This document shows positions 50,101-64,000 of a DNA stretch of 64,000 bases, in pieces. Position 1 is the first letter of the stretch; every line of letters begins with the position of its first letter. The stretch is from positions 40,858,001-40,922,000 of the forward strand of contig OZ024742.1 in the NCBI GenBank assembly GCA_964016885.1, written 5' to 3'. This stretch comes from Eledone cirrhosa (lineage: Eukaryota). The notes below the pieces were generated by a model. The model made no database searches and was not told the DNA's origin. It saw only the letters and a program-made list of their open reading frames with translations. The position numbers were made by a program, and so were the translations under genes.

Positions 50101-53100
50101 TCTTTCTTTATCTATCTATCTATCACTTTTGCTTTCTTCAGAAGACTTACATTCCCATCCCCACCGTCTCTCTCTTTATCTATCTGTCACTTTTGCTTTC
50201 TTCAAAACACTTACATTCCCATCCCCACTGTCTCTCTCTTTATCTATCTATCACTTTTGCTTTATACAGAACACTTACATTCCCATCCCCACCGTCTCTT
50301 TCTTTATCTATCTATCTATCACTTTTGCTTTCTTCAGAACACTTACATTCCCATCCCCAGCGTCTGTCTCTTTATCTATCTATCACTTTTGCTTTCTTCA
50401 GAACACTTACATTCCCATCCCCACCGTCTCTCTCTTTATCTATCTATCTATCACTTTTGCTTTCTTCAGAACACTTACATTCCCATCCCCGGCGTCTCTC
50501 TCTTTATCTATCTGTCACTTTTGCTTTCTTCAGAACACTTACATTCCCATCCCCACCGTCTCTCTCTTTATCTATCTATCACTTTTGCTTTCTTCAGAAC
50601 ACTTACATTCTCATCCCCACCGTCTCTCTCCTTATCTATCTATCACTTTTGATTTCTTCAGAACACTTACATTCCCATCCCCACCGTCTCTCTCCTTATC
50701 TAACTATCACTTTTGCTTTCTTCAGAACACTTACATTCCCATCCCCACCGTCTCTCTCTTTATCTATCTATCACTTTTGCTTTCTTCAGAACACTTACAA
50801 TCCCATCCCCACCGTCTCTCTCTTTATCTATCTGTCACTTTTGCTTTCTTCAGAACACTTACATTCCCATCCCCACCGTCTCTTTCTTTATCTATCTATC
50901 TATCACTTTTGCTTTCTTCAGAACACTTACATTCTCATCCCCACCGTCTCTCTCCTTATCTATCTATCACTTTTGATTTTTTCAGAACACTTACATTCCC
51001 ATCCCCACCGTCTCTCTCTTTATCTATCTATCTATCACTTTTGCTTTCTTCAGAACACTTACATTGCCATACCCACCGTCTCTCTCTTTATCTATCTGTC
51101 ACTTTTGCTTTCTTCAGAATACTTACATTCCCATCCCCACCGTCTCTCTCTTTATCTATCTATCTATCACTTTTGCTTTCTTCAGAACACTTACATTCCC
51201 ATCCCCACCGTCTCTCTCTTTATCTATCTATCACTTTTGCTTTCTTCAGAACACTTACATTCCCATCCCCACCGTCTCTCTCAATAATCTATCTATCACT
51301 TTTGCTTTCTTGAGAACACTTACATTCGCATCCCCACCGTCTCTCTCTTTATCTATCTATCTATCAATTTTGCTTTCTTCAGAACACTTACATTCCCATC
51401 CCCACCGTCTCTCTCTTTATCTATCTATCACTTTTGCTTTCTTCAGAACACTGACATTCCCAACCCACCGTCTCTCTCTTTATCTATCTATCACATTTGC
51501 TTTCTTCAGAACACTTACATTCCTATCCCCACCGTCTCTCTCCTTATCTATCTATCACTTTTGCTTTCTTCAGAACACTTACATTCCCATCCCCACCGTC
51601 TCTCCCTTTATCTATCTGTCTATCACCTTTGCTTTCTTCAGAACACTTACATTCCCATCCCCAGCGTCTCTCTCCTTATCTATCTATCACTTTTGCTTTC
51701 TTCAGAAGACTTACATTCCCATCCCCAACGTCTCTCTCTTTATCTATCTATCACTTTTGCTTTCTTCAGAACACTTTCATTCCCATCCCCACCGTCTCTC
51801 TCTTTATCTATCTGTCACTTTTGCTTTCTTCAGAACACTTACATTCCCATCCCCACCGTCTCTTTCTTTATCTATCTATCTATCACTTTTGCTTTCTTCA
51901 GAACACTTACATGCTCATCCCCACCGTCTCTCTCCTTATCTATCTATCACTTTTGATTTTTTCAGAACACTTACATTCCCATCCCCACCGTCTCTCTCTT
52001 TATCTATCTATCTATCACTTTTGCTTTCTTCAGAACACTTACATTGCCATACCCACCGTCTCTCTCATTATCTATCTATCACTTTTGCTTTCTTGAGAAC
52101 ACTTACATTCGCATCCCCACTGTCTCTCTCTTTATCTATCTATCTATCACTTTTGCTTTCTTCAGAACACTTACATTCGCATCCCCACTGTCTCTCTCTT
52201 TATCTATCTATCTATCACTTTTGCTTTCTTCAGAACACTTACATTCGCATCCCCACCGTCTCTCTCTTTATCTATCTATCACTTTTGCTTTCTTCAGAAC
52301 ACTTACATTCCCATCCGCACAGTCTCTCTCTTTATCTATCTATCACTTTTGCTTTCTTCAGAACACTTACATTCCCATCCCCACCGTCTCTCTCTTTATC
52401 TATCTATCACTTTTGCTTTCTTCAGAACACTTACATTCCCATCCCCACCGTCTCTCTCCTTATCTATCTATCACTTTTGCTTTCTTCAGAACACTTACAT
52501 TCGCATCCCCACCGTCTCTCTATTTATCTATCTATCACTTTTGCTTTCTTCAGAACACTTACATTCCCATCCCCAGCGTCTCTCTCTTTATCTATCTATC
52601 ACTTTTGCTTTCTTCAGAACACTTACATTCCCATCCCCACCGTCTCTCTCGTTATCTATCTATCACTTTTGCTTTCTTCAGAACACTTACATTCCCATCC
52701 CCACCGTCTCTCTCTTTATCTATCTATCACTTTTGCTTTCTTCAGAACACTTACATTCCCAACCCACCGTCTCTCTCTTTATCTATCTATCACATTTGCT
52801 TTCTTCAGAACACTTACATTCCCATCCCCACCGTCTCTCTCCTTATCTATCTATCACTTTTGCTTTCTTCAGAACACTTACATTCCCATCCCCAGCGTCT
52901 CTCTCCTTATCTATCCATCACTTTTGCTTTCTTCAGAACACTTACATTCCCATCCCCACCGTCTCTCTCTTTATCTATCTATCACTTTTGCTTTCTTCAG
53001 AACACTTACATTCCCATCCCCACCGTCTCTCTCTTTATCTATCTGTCACTTTTGCTTTCTTCAGAACACTTACATTCCCATCCCCACCGTCTCTTTCTTT

Positions 53101-56100
53101 ATCTATCTATCTATCACTTTTGCTTTCTTCAGAACACTTACATTCTCATCCCCACCGTCTCTCTCCTTATCTATCTATCACTTTTGATTTTTTCAGAACA
53201 CTTACATCCCATCCCCACCGTCTCTCTCTTTATCTATCTATCTATCACTATTGCTTTCTTCAGAACACTTACATTGCCATACCCACCGTCTCTCTCTTTA
53301 TCTATCTGTCACTTTTGCTTTCTTCAGAATACTTACATTCCCATCCCCACCGTCTCTCTCTTTATCTATCTATCTATCTATCACTTTTGCTTTCTTCAGA
53401 ACACTTACATTCCCATCCCCACCGTCTCTCTCTCTATCTATGTATCACTTTTGCTTTCTTCAGAACACTTACATTCCCATCCCCACCGTCTCTCTCAATA
53501 ATCTATCTATCACTTTTGCTTTCTTGAGAACACTTACATTCGCATCCCCACCGTCTCTCTCTTTATCTATCTATCTATCAATTTTGCTTTCTTCAGAACA
53601 CTTACATTCCCATCCCCACCGTCTCTCTCTTTATCTATCTATCACTTTTGCTTTCTTCAGAAGACTTACATTCGCATCCCCACTGTCTCTCTCTTTATCT
53701 ATCTATCTATCACTTTTGCTTTCTTCAGAACACTTACATTCGCATCCCCACCGTCTCTCTCTTTATCTATCTATCACTTTTGCTTTCTTCAGAACACTTA
53801 ATTTCCCATCCCCACAGTCTCTCTCTTTATCTATCTATCACTTTTGCTTTCTTCAGAATACTTACATTCCCATCCCCACCGTCTCTCTCTTTATCTATCT
53901 ATCACTTTTGCTTTCTTCAGAACACTTACATTCCCATCCCCACCGTCTCTCTCCTTATCTATCTATCACTTTTGCTTTCTTCAGAACACTTACATTCGCA
54001 TCCCCACCGTCTCTCTCTTTATTTATCTATCTATCACTTTTGCTTTCTTCAGAACACTTACATTCCCATCCCCAGCGTCTCTCTCTTTATCTATCTATCA
54101 CTTTTGCTTTCTTCAGAACACTTACATTCCCATCCCCACCGTCTCTCTCTTTATCTATCTATCACTTTTGCTTTCTTCAGAACACTTACATTCCCATCCC
54201 CACCGTCTCTCTCTTTATCTATCTATCACTTTTGCTTTCTTCAGAACACTTACATTCCCATCCCCACCGTCTCTCTCTTTATCTATCTATCACTTTTGCT
54301 TTCTTCAGAACACTTACATTCCCAACCCACCGTCTCTCTCTTTATGTATCTATCACATTTGCTTTCTTCAGAACACTTACATTCCAATCCCCACCGTCTC
54401 TCTCCTTATCTATCTATCACTTTTGCTTTCTTCAGAACACTTACATTCCCATCCCCACCGTCTCTCTCTTTATCTATCTGTCTGTCACCTTTGCTTTCTT
54501 CAGAACACTTACATTCCCATCCCCAGCGTCTCTCTCCTTATCTATCCATCACTTTTGCTTTCTTCAGAACACTTACATTCCCATCACCACCGTCTCTCTC
54601 TTTATCTATCTATCACTTTTGCTTTCTTCAGAACACTTACATTCCCATCCCCACCGTCTCTCTCTTTATCTATCTGTCACTTTTGCTTTCTCCAGAACAC
54701 TTACATTCCCATCCCCACCGTCTCTTTCTTTATCTATCTATGTATCACTTTTGCTTTCTTCAGAACACTTACATTCTTATCCCCACCGTCTCTCTCCTTA
54801 TCTATCTATCACTTTTGATTTCTTCAGAACACTTACATTCCCATCCCCACCGTCTCTCTCTTTATCTATCTATCTATCACTTTTGCTTTCTTCAGAACAC
54901 TTACATTCCGATCCCCACCGTCTCTCTCTTTATCTATCTATCACTTTTGCTTTCTTCGGAACACTTACATTCCCATCCCCACCGTGTCTCCCTTTATCTA
55001 TCTATCTATCACTTTTGCTTTCTTCAGAACACTTACATTCCCATCCCCACCTCTCTCTCTTTATCTATCTGTCACTTTTGCTTTCTTCAGAACACTTACA
55101 TTCCCATCCCCACCGTCTCTTTCTTTATCTATCTATCTATCACTTTTGCTTTCTTCAGAACACTTACATTCTCATCCCCACCGTCTCTCTCCTTATCTAT
55201 CTATCACTTTTGATTTCTTCAGAACACTTACATTCCCATCCCCACCGTCTCTCTCTTTATCTATCTATCTATCACTTTTGCTTTCTTCAGAACACTTACA
55301 TTGCCATACCCACCGTCTCTCTCTTTATCTATCTATCACTTTTGATTTCTTCAGAACACTTACGTTCCCATCCCCACCGTCTCTCTCTTTATCTATCTAT
55401 CTATCACTTTTGCTTTCTTCAGAACACTTACATTCCCATCCCCACCGTCTCTCTCTTTATCTATCTATCTATCTATCACTTTTGCTTTCTTCAGAACACT
55501 TACATTCGCATCCCCACCGTCTCTCTATTTATCTATCTATCACTTTTGCTTTCTTCAGAACACTTACATTCCCATCCCCAGCGTCTCTCTCTTTATCTAT
55601 CTATCACTTTTGCTTTCTTCAGAACACTTACATTCCCATCCCCACCGTCTCTCTCGTTATCTATCTATCACTTTTGCTTTCTTCAGAACACTTACATTCC
55701 CATCCCCACCGTCTCTCTCTTTATCTATCTATCACTTTTGCTTTCTTCAGAACACTTACATTCCCAACCCACCGTCTCTCTCTTTATCTATCTATCACAT
55801 TTGCTTTCTTCAGAACACTTACATTCCCATCCCCACCGTCTCTCTCCTTATCTATCTATCACTTTTGCTTTCTTCAGAACACTTACATTCCCATCCCCAG
55901 CGTCTCTCTCCTTATCTATCCATCACTTTTGCTTTCTTCAGAACACTTACATTCCCATCCCCACCGTCTCTCTCTTTATCTATCTATCACTTTTGCTTTC
56001 TTCAGAACACTTACATTCCCATCCCCACCGTCTCTCTCTTTATCTATCTGTCACTTTTGCTTTCTTCAGAACACTTACATTCCCATCCCCACCGTCTCTT

Positions 56101-59100
56101 TCTTTATCTATCTATCTATCACTTTTGCTTTCTTCAGAACACTTACATTCTCATCCCCACCGTCTCTCTCCTTATCTATCTATCACTTTTGATTTTTTCA
56201 GAACACTTACATCCCATCCCCACCGTCTCTCTCTTTATCTATCTATCTATCACTATTGCTTTCTTCAGAACACTTACATTGCCATACCCACCGTCTCTCT
56301 CTTTATCTATCTGTCACTTTTGCTTTCTTCAGAATACTTACATTCCCATCCCCACCGTCTCTCTCTTTATCTATCTATCTATCTATCACTTTTGCTTTCT
56401 TCAGAACACTTACATTCCCATCCCCACCGTCTCTCTCTCTATCTATGTATCACTTTTGCTTTCTTCAGAACACTTACATTCCCATCCCCACCGTCTCTCT
56501 CAATAATCTATCTATCACTTTTGCTTTCTTGAGAACACTTACATTCGCATCCCCACCGTCTCTCTCTTTATCTATCTATCTATCAATTTTGCTTTCTTCA
56601 GAACACTTACATTCCCATCCCCACCGTCTCTCTCTTTATCTATCTATCACTTTTGCTTTCTTCAGAAGACTTACATTCGCATCCCCACTGTCTCTCTCTT
56701 TATCTATCTATCTATCACTTTTGCTTTCTTCAGAACACTTACATTCGCATCCCCACCGTCTCTCTCTTTATCTATCTATCACTTTTGCTTTCTTCAGAAC
56801 ACTTAATTTCCCATCCCCACAGTCTCTCTCTTTATCTATCTATCACTTTTGCTTTCTTCAGAATACTTACATTCCCATCCCCACCGTCTCTCTCTTTATC
56901 TATCTATCACTTTTGCTTTCTTCAGAACACTTACATTCCCATCCCCACCGTCTCTCTCCTTATCTATCTATCACTTTTGCTTTCTTCAGAACACTTACAT
57001 TCGCATCCCCACCGTCTCTCTCTTTATTTATCTATCTATCACTTTTGCTTTCTTCAGAACACTTACATTCCCATCCCCAGCGTCTCTCTCTTTATCTATC
57101 TATCACTTTTGCTTTCTTCAGAACACTTACATTCCCATCCCCACCGTCTCTCTCTTTATCTATCTATCACTTTTGCTTTCTTCAGAACACTTACATTCCC
57201 ATCCCCACCGTCTCTCTCTTTATCTATCTATCACTTTTGCTTTCTTCAGAACACTTACATTCCCATCCCCACCGTCTCTCTCTTTATCTATCTATCACTT
57301 TTGCTTTCTTCAGAACACTTACATTCCCAACCCACCGTCTCTCTCTTTATGTATCTATCACATTTGCTTTCTTCAGAACACTTACATTCCAATCCCCACC
57401 GTCTCTCTCCTTATCTATCTATCACTTTTGCTTTCTTCAGAACACTTACATTCCCATCCCCACCGTCTCTCTCTTTATCTATCTGTCTGTCACCTTTGCT
57501 TTCTTCAGAACACTTACATTCCCATCCCCAGCGTCTCTCTCCTTATCTATCCATCACTTTTGCTTTCTTCAGAACACTTACATTCCCATCACCACCGTCT
57601 CTCTCTTTATCTATCTATCACTTTTGCTTTCTTCAGAACACTTACATTCCCATCCCCACCGTCTCTCTCTTTATCTATCTGTCACTTTTGCTTTCTCCAG
57701 AACACTTACATTCCCATCCCCACCGTCTCTTTCTTTATCTATCTATGTATCACTTTTGCTTTCTTCAGAACACTTACATTCTTATCCCCACCGTCTCTCT
57801 CCTTATCTATCTATCACTTTTGATTTCTTCAGAACACTTACATTCCCATCCCCACCGTCTCTCTCTTTATCTATCTATCTATCACTTTTGCTTTCTTCAG
57901 AACACTTACATTCCGATCCCCACCGTCTCTCTCTTTATCTATCTATCACTTTTGCTTTCTTCGGAACACTTACATTCCCATCCCCACCGTGTCTCCCTTT
58001 ATCTATCTATCTATCACTTTTGCTTTCTTCAGAACACTTACATTCCCATCCCCACCTCTCTCTCTTTATCTATCTGTCACTTTTGCTTTCTTCAGAACAC
58101 TTACATTCCCATCCCCACCGTCTCTTTCTTTATCTATCTATCTATCACTTTTGCTTTCTTCAGAACACTTACATTCTCATCCCCACCGTCTCTCTCCTTA
58201 TCTATCTATCACTTTTGATTTCTTCAGAACACTTACATTCCCATCCCCACCGTCTCTCTCTTTATCTATCTATCTATCACTTTTGCTTTCTTCAGAACAC
58301 TTACATTGCCATACCCACCGTCTCTCTCTTTATCTATCTATCACTTTTGATTTCTTCAGAACACTTACGTTCCCATCCCCACCGTCTCTCTCTTTATCTA
58401 TCTATCTATCACTTTTGCTTTCTTCAGAACACTTACATTCCCATCCCCACCGTCTCTCTCTTTATCTATCTATCTATCTATCACTTTTGCTTTCTTCAGA
58501 ACACTTACATTCCCATCCCCACCGTCTCTCTCATTATCTATCTATCACTTTTGCTTTCTTGAGAACACTTACGTTCCCATTCCCACCGTCTCACTCTTTA
58601 TCTATCTATCACTTTTGCTTTCTTCAGAACACTTACATTCCCATCCCCAGCGTCTCTCCCTTTATCTATCTATCTATCACTATTGCTTTCTTCAGAACAC
58701 TTACATTCCCATCCCCAGCGTCTCTCTCTTTATCTATCTATCACTTTTGCTTTCTTTAGAACACTTACATTCCCATCCCCACCGTCTCTCTCCTTAACTA
58801 TCTATCACTTTTGCTTTCTTCAGAACACTTACATTCCCATCCCCAACGTCTCTCTCTTTATCTATCTATCACTTTTGCTTTCTTCAGAACACTTACATTC
58901 CCATCCCCACCGTCTCTCTCTTTATCTATGTATCACTTTTGCTTTCTTCAGAACACTTACTTTCCCATCCCCACCGTATCTCTCCTTATCTATCTATCTA
59001 TCACTTTTGGTTTCTTCAGAACACTTACATTCCCATCCCCACCGTCTCTCTCTTTATCTATCTATCTATCACTTTTGCTTTCTTCAGAACACTTACATTC

Positions 59101-62100
59101 CCATCCCCAGCGTCTCTCTCTTTATCTATCACTTTTGCTTTCTTCAGAACACTTACATTCCCATCCCCACCGTCTCTCTCTTTATCTATCTATCACTTTT
59201 GCTTTCTTCAGAACACTTACATTCCCATCCCCACCGTCTCTCTCTTTATCTATCTATCACTTTTGCTTTCTTCAGAACACTTACATTCCCATCCCCACCG
59301 TCTCTCTCTTTATCTATGTATCACTTTTGCTTTCTTCAGAACACTTACATTCCCATCCCCACCGTCTCTCTCTTTATCTATGTATCACTTTTGCTTTCTT
59401 CAGAACACTTACATTCCCATCCCCACCGTCTCTCTCTTTATCTATCTATCACTTTTGCTTTCTTCAGAACACTTACATTCCCATCCCCAGCGTCTCTCTC
59501 TTTATCTATCTATCACTTTTGCTTTCTTCAGAACACTTACATTCCCATCCCCACCGTCTCTCTCTTTATCTATCTATCACTTTTGCTTTCTTCAGAACAC
59601 TTACATTCCCATCCCCACCGTCTCTCTCTTTATCTATCTATCTATCACTTTTGCTTTCTTCAGAATACTTACATTCCCATCCCCACCGTCTCTCTTTTTA
59701 TCTATCTATCTATCACTTTTGCTTTCTTCAGAACACTTCCATTCCCATCCCCAGCGTCTCTCTCTTTATCTATCTATCACTTTTGCTTTCTTCAGAACAC
59801 TTACATTCCCATCCCCACCGTCTCTCTCTTTATCTATCTATCACTTTTGCTTTCTTCAGAACACTTACATTCGCATCCCCACCGTCTCTCTCTTTATCTA
59901 TCTATCTATCACTTTTGCTTTCTTCAGAACACTTACATTCGCATCCCCACCGTCTCTCTCTTTATCTATCTATCTATCACTTTTGCTTTCTTCAGAACAA
60001 TTACATTCCCATCCCCAGCGTCTCTCTCTTTATCTATCTATCTATCACTTTTGCTTTCTTCAGAACACTTACATTCCCATCCCCACCGTCTCTCTCTTTA
60101 TCTATCTATCTATCACTTTTGCTTTCTTCAGAATACTTACATTCCCATCCCCACCGTCTCTCTTTTTATCTATCTATCTATCACTTTTGCTTTCTTCAGA
60201 ACACTTACATTCCCATCCCCAGCGTCTCTCTCTTTATCTATCTATCACTTTTGCTTTCTTCAGAACACTTACATTCCCATCCCCAGCGTCTCTCTCTTTA
60301 TCTATCTATCACTTTTGCTTTCTTCAGAACACTTACATTCCCATCCCCACCGTCTCTCTCTTTATCTATCTTTCACTTTTGCTTTCTTCAGAACACTTAC
60401 ATTCCCATCCCCACCGTCTCTCTCTTTATCTATCTATCACTTTTGCTTTCTTCAGAACACTTACATTCGCATCCCCACCGTCTCTCTCTTTATCTATCTA
60501 TCTATCACTTTTGCTTTCTTCAGAACACTTACATTCCCATCCCCACCGTCTCTCTCTTTATCTATCTATCTATCACTTTTGCTTTCTTCAGAATACTTAC
60601 ATTCCCATCCCCACCGTCTCTCTTTTTATCTATCTATCTATCACTTTTGCTTTCTTCAGAACACTTACATTCCCATCCCCAGCGTCTCTCTCTTTATCTA
60701 TCTATCACTTTTGCTTTCTTCAGAACACTTACATTCCCATCCCCAGCGTCTCTCTCTTTATCTATCTATCACTTTTGCTTTCTTCAGAACACTTACATTC
60801 CCATCCCCACCGTCTCTCTCTTTATCTATCTTTCACTTTTGCTTTCTTCAGAACACTTACATTCCCATCCCCACCGTCTCTCTCTTTATCTATCTATCAC
60901 TTTTGCTTTCTTCAGAACACTTACATTCCCATCCCCACCATCTCTCTCTTTATCTATCTATCACTTTTGCTTTCTTCAGAACACTTACATTCCCATCCCC
61001 ACCGTCTCTCTCTTTATCTATCTATCACTTTTGCTTTCTTCAGAACACTTACATTCCCATCCCCACCGTCTCTCTCCTTATCTATCTATCACTTTTGCTT
61101 TCTTCAGAACACTTACATTCCCATCTCCACCGTCTCTCTCTTTATCTATCTATCACTTTTGCTTTCTTCAGAACACTTACATTCCCATCTCCACCGTCTC
61201 TCTCTTTATCTATCTATCTATCACTTTTGCTTTCTTCAGAACACTTACATTCGCATCCCCACCGTCTCTCTCTTTATCTATCTATCACTTTTGCTTTCTT
61301 CAGAACACTTACATTCCCATCCCCACCGTCTCTCTCTTTATCTATCTATCACTTTTGCTTTCTTCAGAACACTTACATTCCCATCCCCACCGTCTCTCTC
61401 TTTATCTATCTATCACTTTTGCTTTCTTCAGAACACTTACATTCCGATCCCCACAGTCTCTCTCCTTATCTATCTATCACTTTTGCTTTCTTCAGAACAC
61501 TTACATTCCCATCCCCACCGTCTCTCTCTCTTTATCTATCTATCACTTTTGCTTTCTTCAGAACACTTACATTCCCATCCCCACCGTCTCTCTCTCTCTT
61601 TATCTATCTATCACATTTGCTTTCATCAGAACACTTACATTCCCATCCCCACCGTCTCTCTCCTTATCTATCTATCACTTTTGCTTTCTTCAGAACACTT
61701 ACATTCGCATCCCCACCGTCTCTCTCTTTATTTATCTATCTATCACTTTTGCTTTCTTCAGAACACTTACATTCCCATCCCCAGCGTCTCTCTCTTTATC
61801 TATCTATCACTTTTGCTTTCTTCAGAACACTTACATTCCAATCCCCACCGTCTCTCTCTTTATCTATCTATCACTTTTGCTTTCTTCAGAACACTTACAT
61901 TCCCATCCCCACCGTCTCTCTCTTTATCTATCTATCACTTTTGCTTTCTTCAGAACACTTACATTCCCATCCCCACCGTCTCTCTCTTTATCTATCTATC
62001 ACTTTTGCTTTCTTCAGAACACTTACATTCCCAACCCACCGTCTCTCTCTTTATCTATCTATCACATTTGCTTTCTTCAGAACACTTACATTCCAATCCC

Positions 62101-64000
62101 CACCGTCTCTCTCCTTATCTATCTATCACTTTTGCTTTCTTCAGAACACTTACATTCCCATCCCCACTTTCTCTCTCTTTATCTATCTGTCTGTCACCTT
62201 TGCTTTCTTCAGAACACTTACATTCCCATCCCCAGCGTCTCTCTCCTTATCTATCCATCACTTTTTCTTTCTTCAGAACACTTACATTCCCATCCCCACC
62301 GTCTCTCTCTTTATCTATCTGTCACTTTTGCTTTCTCCAGAACACTTACATTCCCATCCCCACCGTCTCTTTCTTTATCTATCTATCTATCACTTTTGCT
62401 TTCTTCAGAACACTTACATTCCCATCTCCACCGTCTCTCTCTTTATCTATCTATCACTTTTGCTTTCTTCAGAACACTTACATTCCCATCCCCACCGTCT
62501 CTCTCTTTATCTATCTATCACTTTTGCTTTCTTCAGAACACTTACATTCCCATCCCCACCGTCTCACTCTTTATCTATCTATCTATCACTTTTGCTTTCT
62601 TCAGAACACTTACATTCCCATCCCCACCGTCTCTCTCTTTATCTATCACTTTTGCTTTCTTCAGAACACTTACATTCCCATCCCCACCGTCTCTATCTTT
62701 ATCTATCTATCTATCACTTTTGCTTTCTTCAGAACACTTACATTCCCATCCCCACCGTCTCTCTCTTTATCTATCTATCACTTTTGCTTTCTTCAGAACA
62801 ATTACATTCCCATCCCCACCGTCTCTCTCCTTATCTATCTATCACTTTTGCTTTCTTCAGAACACTTACATTCCCATCCCCACCGTCTCTCTCTTTATCT
62901 ATCTATCACTTTTGCTTTCTTCAGAACACTTACATTCCCATCCCCACCGTCTCTCTCCTTATCTATCTATCACTTTTGCTTTCTTCAGAACACTTACATT
63001 CCCATCTCCACCGTCTCTCTCTTTATCTATCTATCACTTTTGCTTTCTTCAGAACACTTACATTCCCATCCCCACCGTCTCTGTCTTTATCTATCTATCA
63101 CTTTTGCTTTCTTCAGAACACTTACATTCCCATCCCCACCGTCTCTCTCTTTATCTATCTATCTATCACTTTTGCTTTCTTCAGAACACTTACATTCCCA
63201 TCCCCACCGTCTCTCTCCTTATCTATCTATCACTTTTGCTTTCTTCAGAACACTTACATTCCCATCCCCAGCGTCTCTCTCTTTATCTATCTATCTATTA
63301 CTTTTGCTTTCTTCAGAACACTTACATTCCCATCTCCACCGTCTCTCTCTTTATCTATCTATCACTTTTGCTTTCTTCAGAACACTTACATTCCCATCCC
63401 CACCGTCTCTCTCTTTATCTATCTATCACTTTTGCTTTCTTCAGAACACTTACATTCCCATCCCCACCGTCTCTCTCCTTATCTATCTATCACTTTTGCT
63501 TTCTTCAGAACACTTACATTCCCATCCCCACCGTCTCTCTCTTTATCTATCTATCTATCACTTTTGCTTTCTTCAGAACACTTACATTCGCATCCCCAGC
63601 GTCTCTCTCTTTATCTATCTATCTATCACTTTTGCTTTCTTCAGAACACTTACATTCCCATCTCCACCGTCTCTCTCTTTATCTATCTATCACTTTTGCT
63701 TTCTTCAGAACACTTACATTCCCATCCCCACCGTCTCTCTCTCTTTATCTATCTATCACTTCTGCTTTCTTCAGAACACTTACATTCCCATCCCCACCGT
63801 CTCTCTCCTTATCTATCTATCACTTTTGCTTTCTTCAGAACACTTACATTCCCATCCCCACCGTCTCTCTCCTTATCTATCTATCACTTTTGCTTTCTTC
63901 AGAACACTTACATTCCCATCCCCACCGTCTCTCTCCTTATCTAACTATCACTTTTGCTTTCTTCAGAACACTTACATTCCCATCCCCAGCGTCTCTCTCT
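44131..64000. repeat. ~64-bp satellite array (~300 units, continues beyond the window)
   Basis: Unit cacttttgctttcttcagaacacttacattcccatccccaccgtctctctcttta(tcta)nt, with 60/64/68/72-bp length variants. Confidence 0.98.

Noticed and set aside
43929-63944. ORFs of up to 1844 aa in all three plus frames
   Set aside because: By-product of a stop-free satellite unit; 4-bp length variants shuffle the frames freely and there is no domain content.
44140-64000. CTGAAGA in each satellite unit (minus strand) as a satellite hammerhead
   Set aside because: No stem II followed by GAAA, and no stem I/III pairing.

Overview
AT-rich, microsatellite-dense animal DNA; the repeat repertoire suggests a cephalopod such as Octopus (inference). 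I find no host protein-coding gene. The first 44 kb is a mosaic of mobile elements: two near full-length but disrupted Penelope-like retroelements (PLEs; RT + GIY-YIG) on the minus strand, RTE-clade LINE fragments, a decayed restriction-like-endonuclease (CRE/R2-type) LINE end, two tRNA-derived SINE families, non-autonomous Helitrons and MITEs. The last ~19.9 kb (44131-64000) is a ~64-bp satellite with higher-order duplications, and its giant ORFs are artefacts. The main unannotated signal is a cluster of about ten type-I hammerhead ribozyme motifs at PLE 3' termini and in short (TA)n-embedded fold-back elements. They include intact-looking cores, U3-A8 covariant cores and long-stem-II variants, often with a poly(A) signal just downstream. 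Several inversion breakpoints fall in ribozyme helices. All structures were folded by eye and none has been tested.
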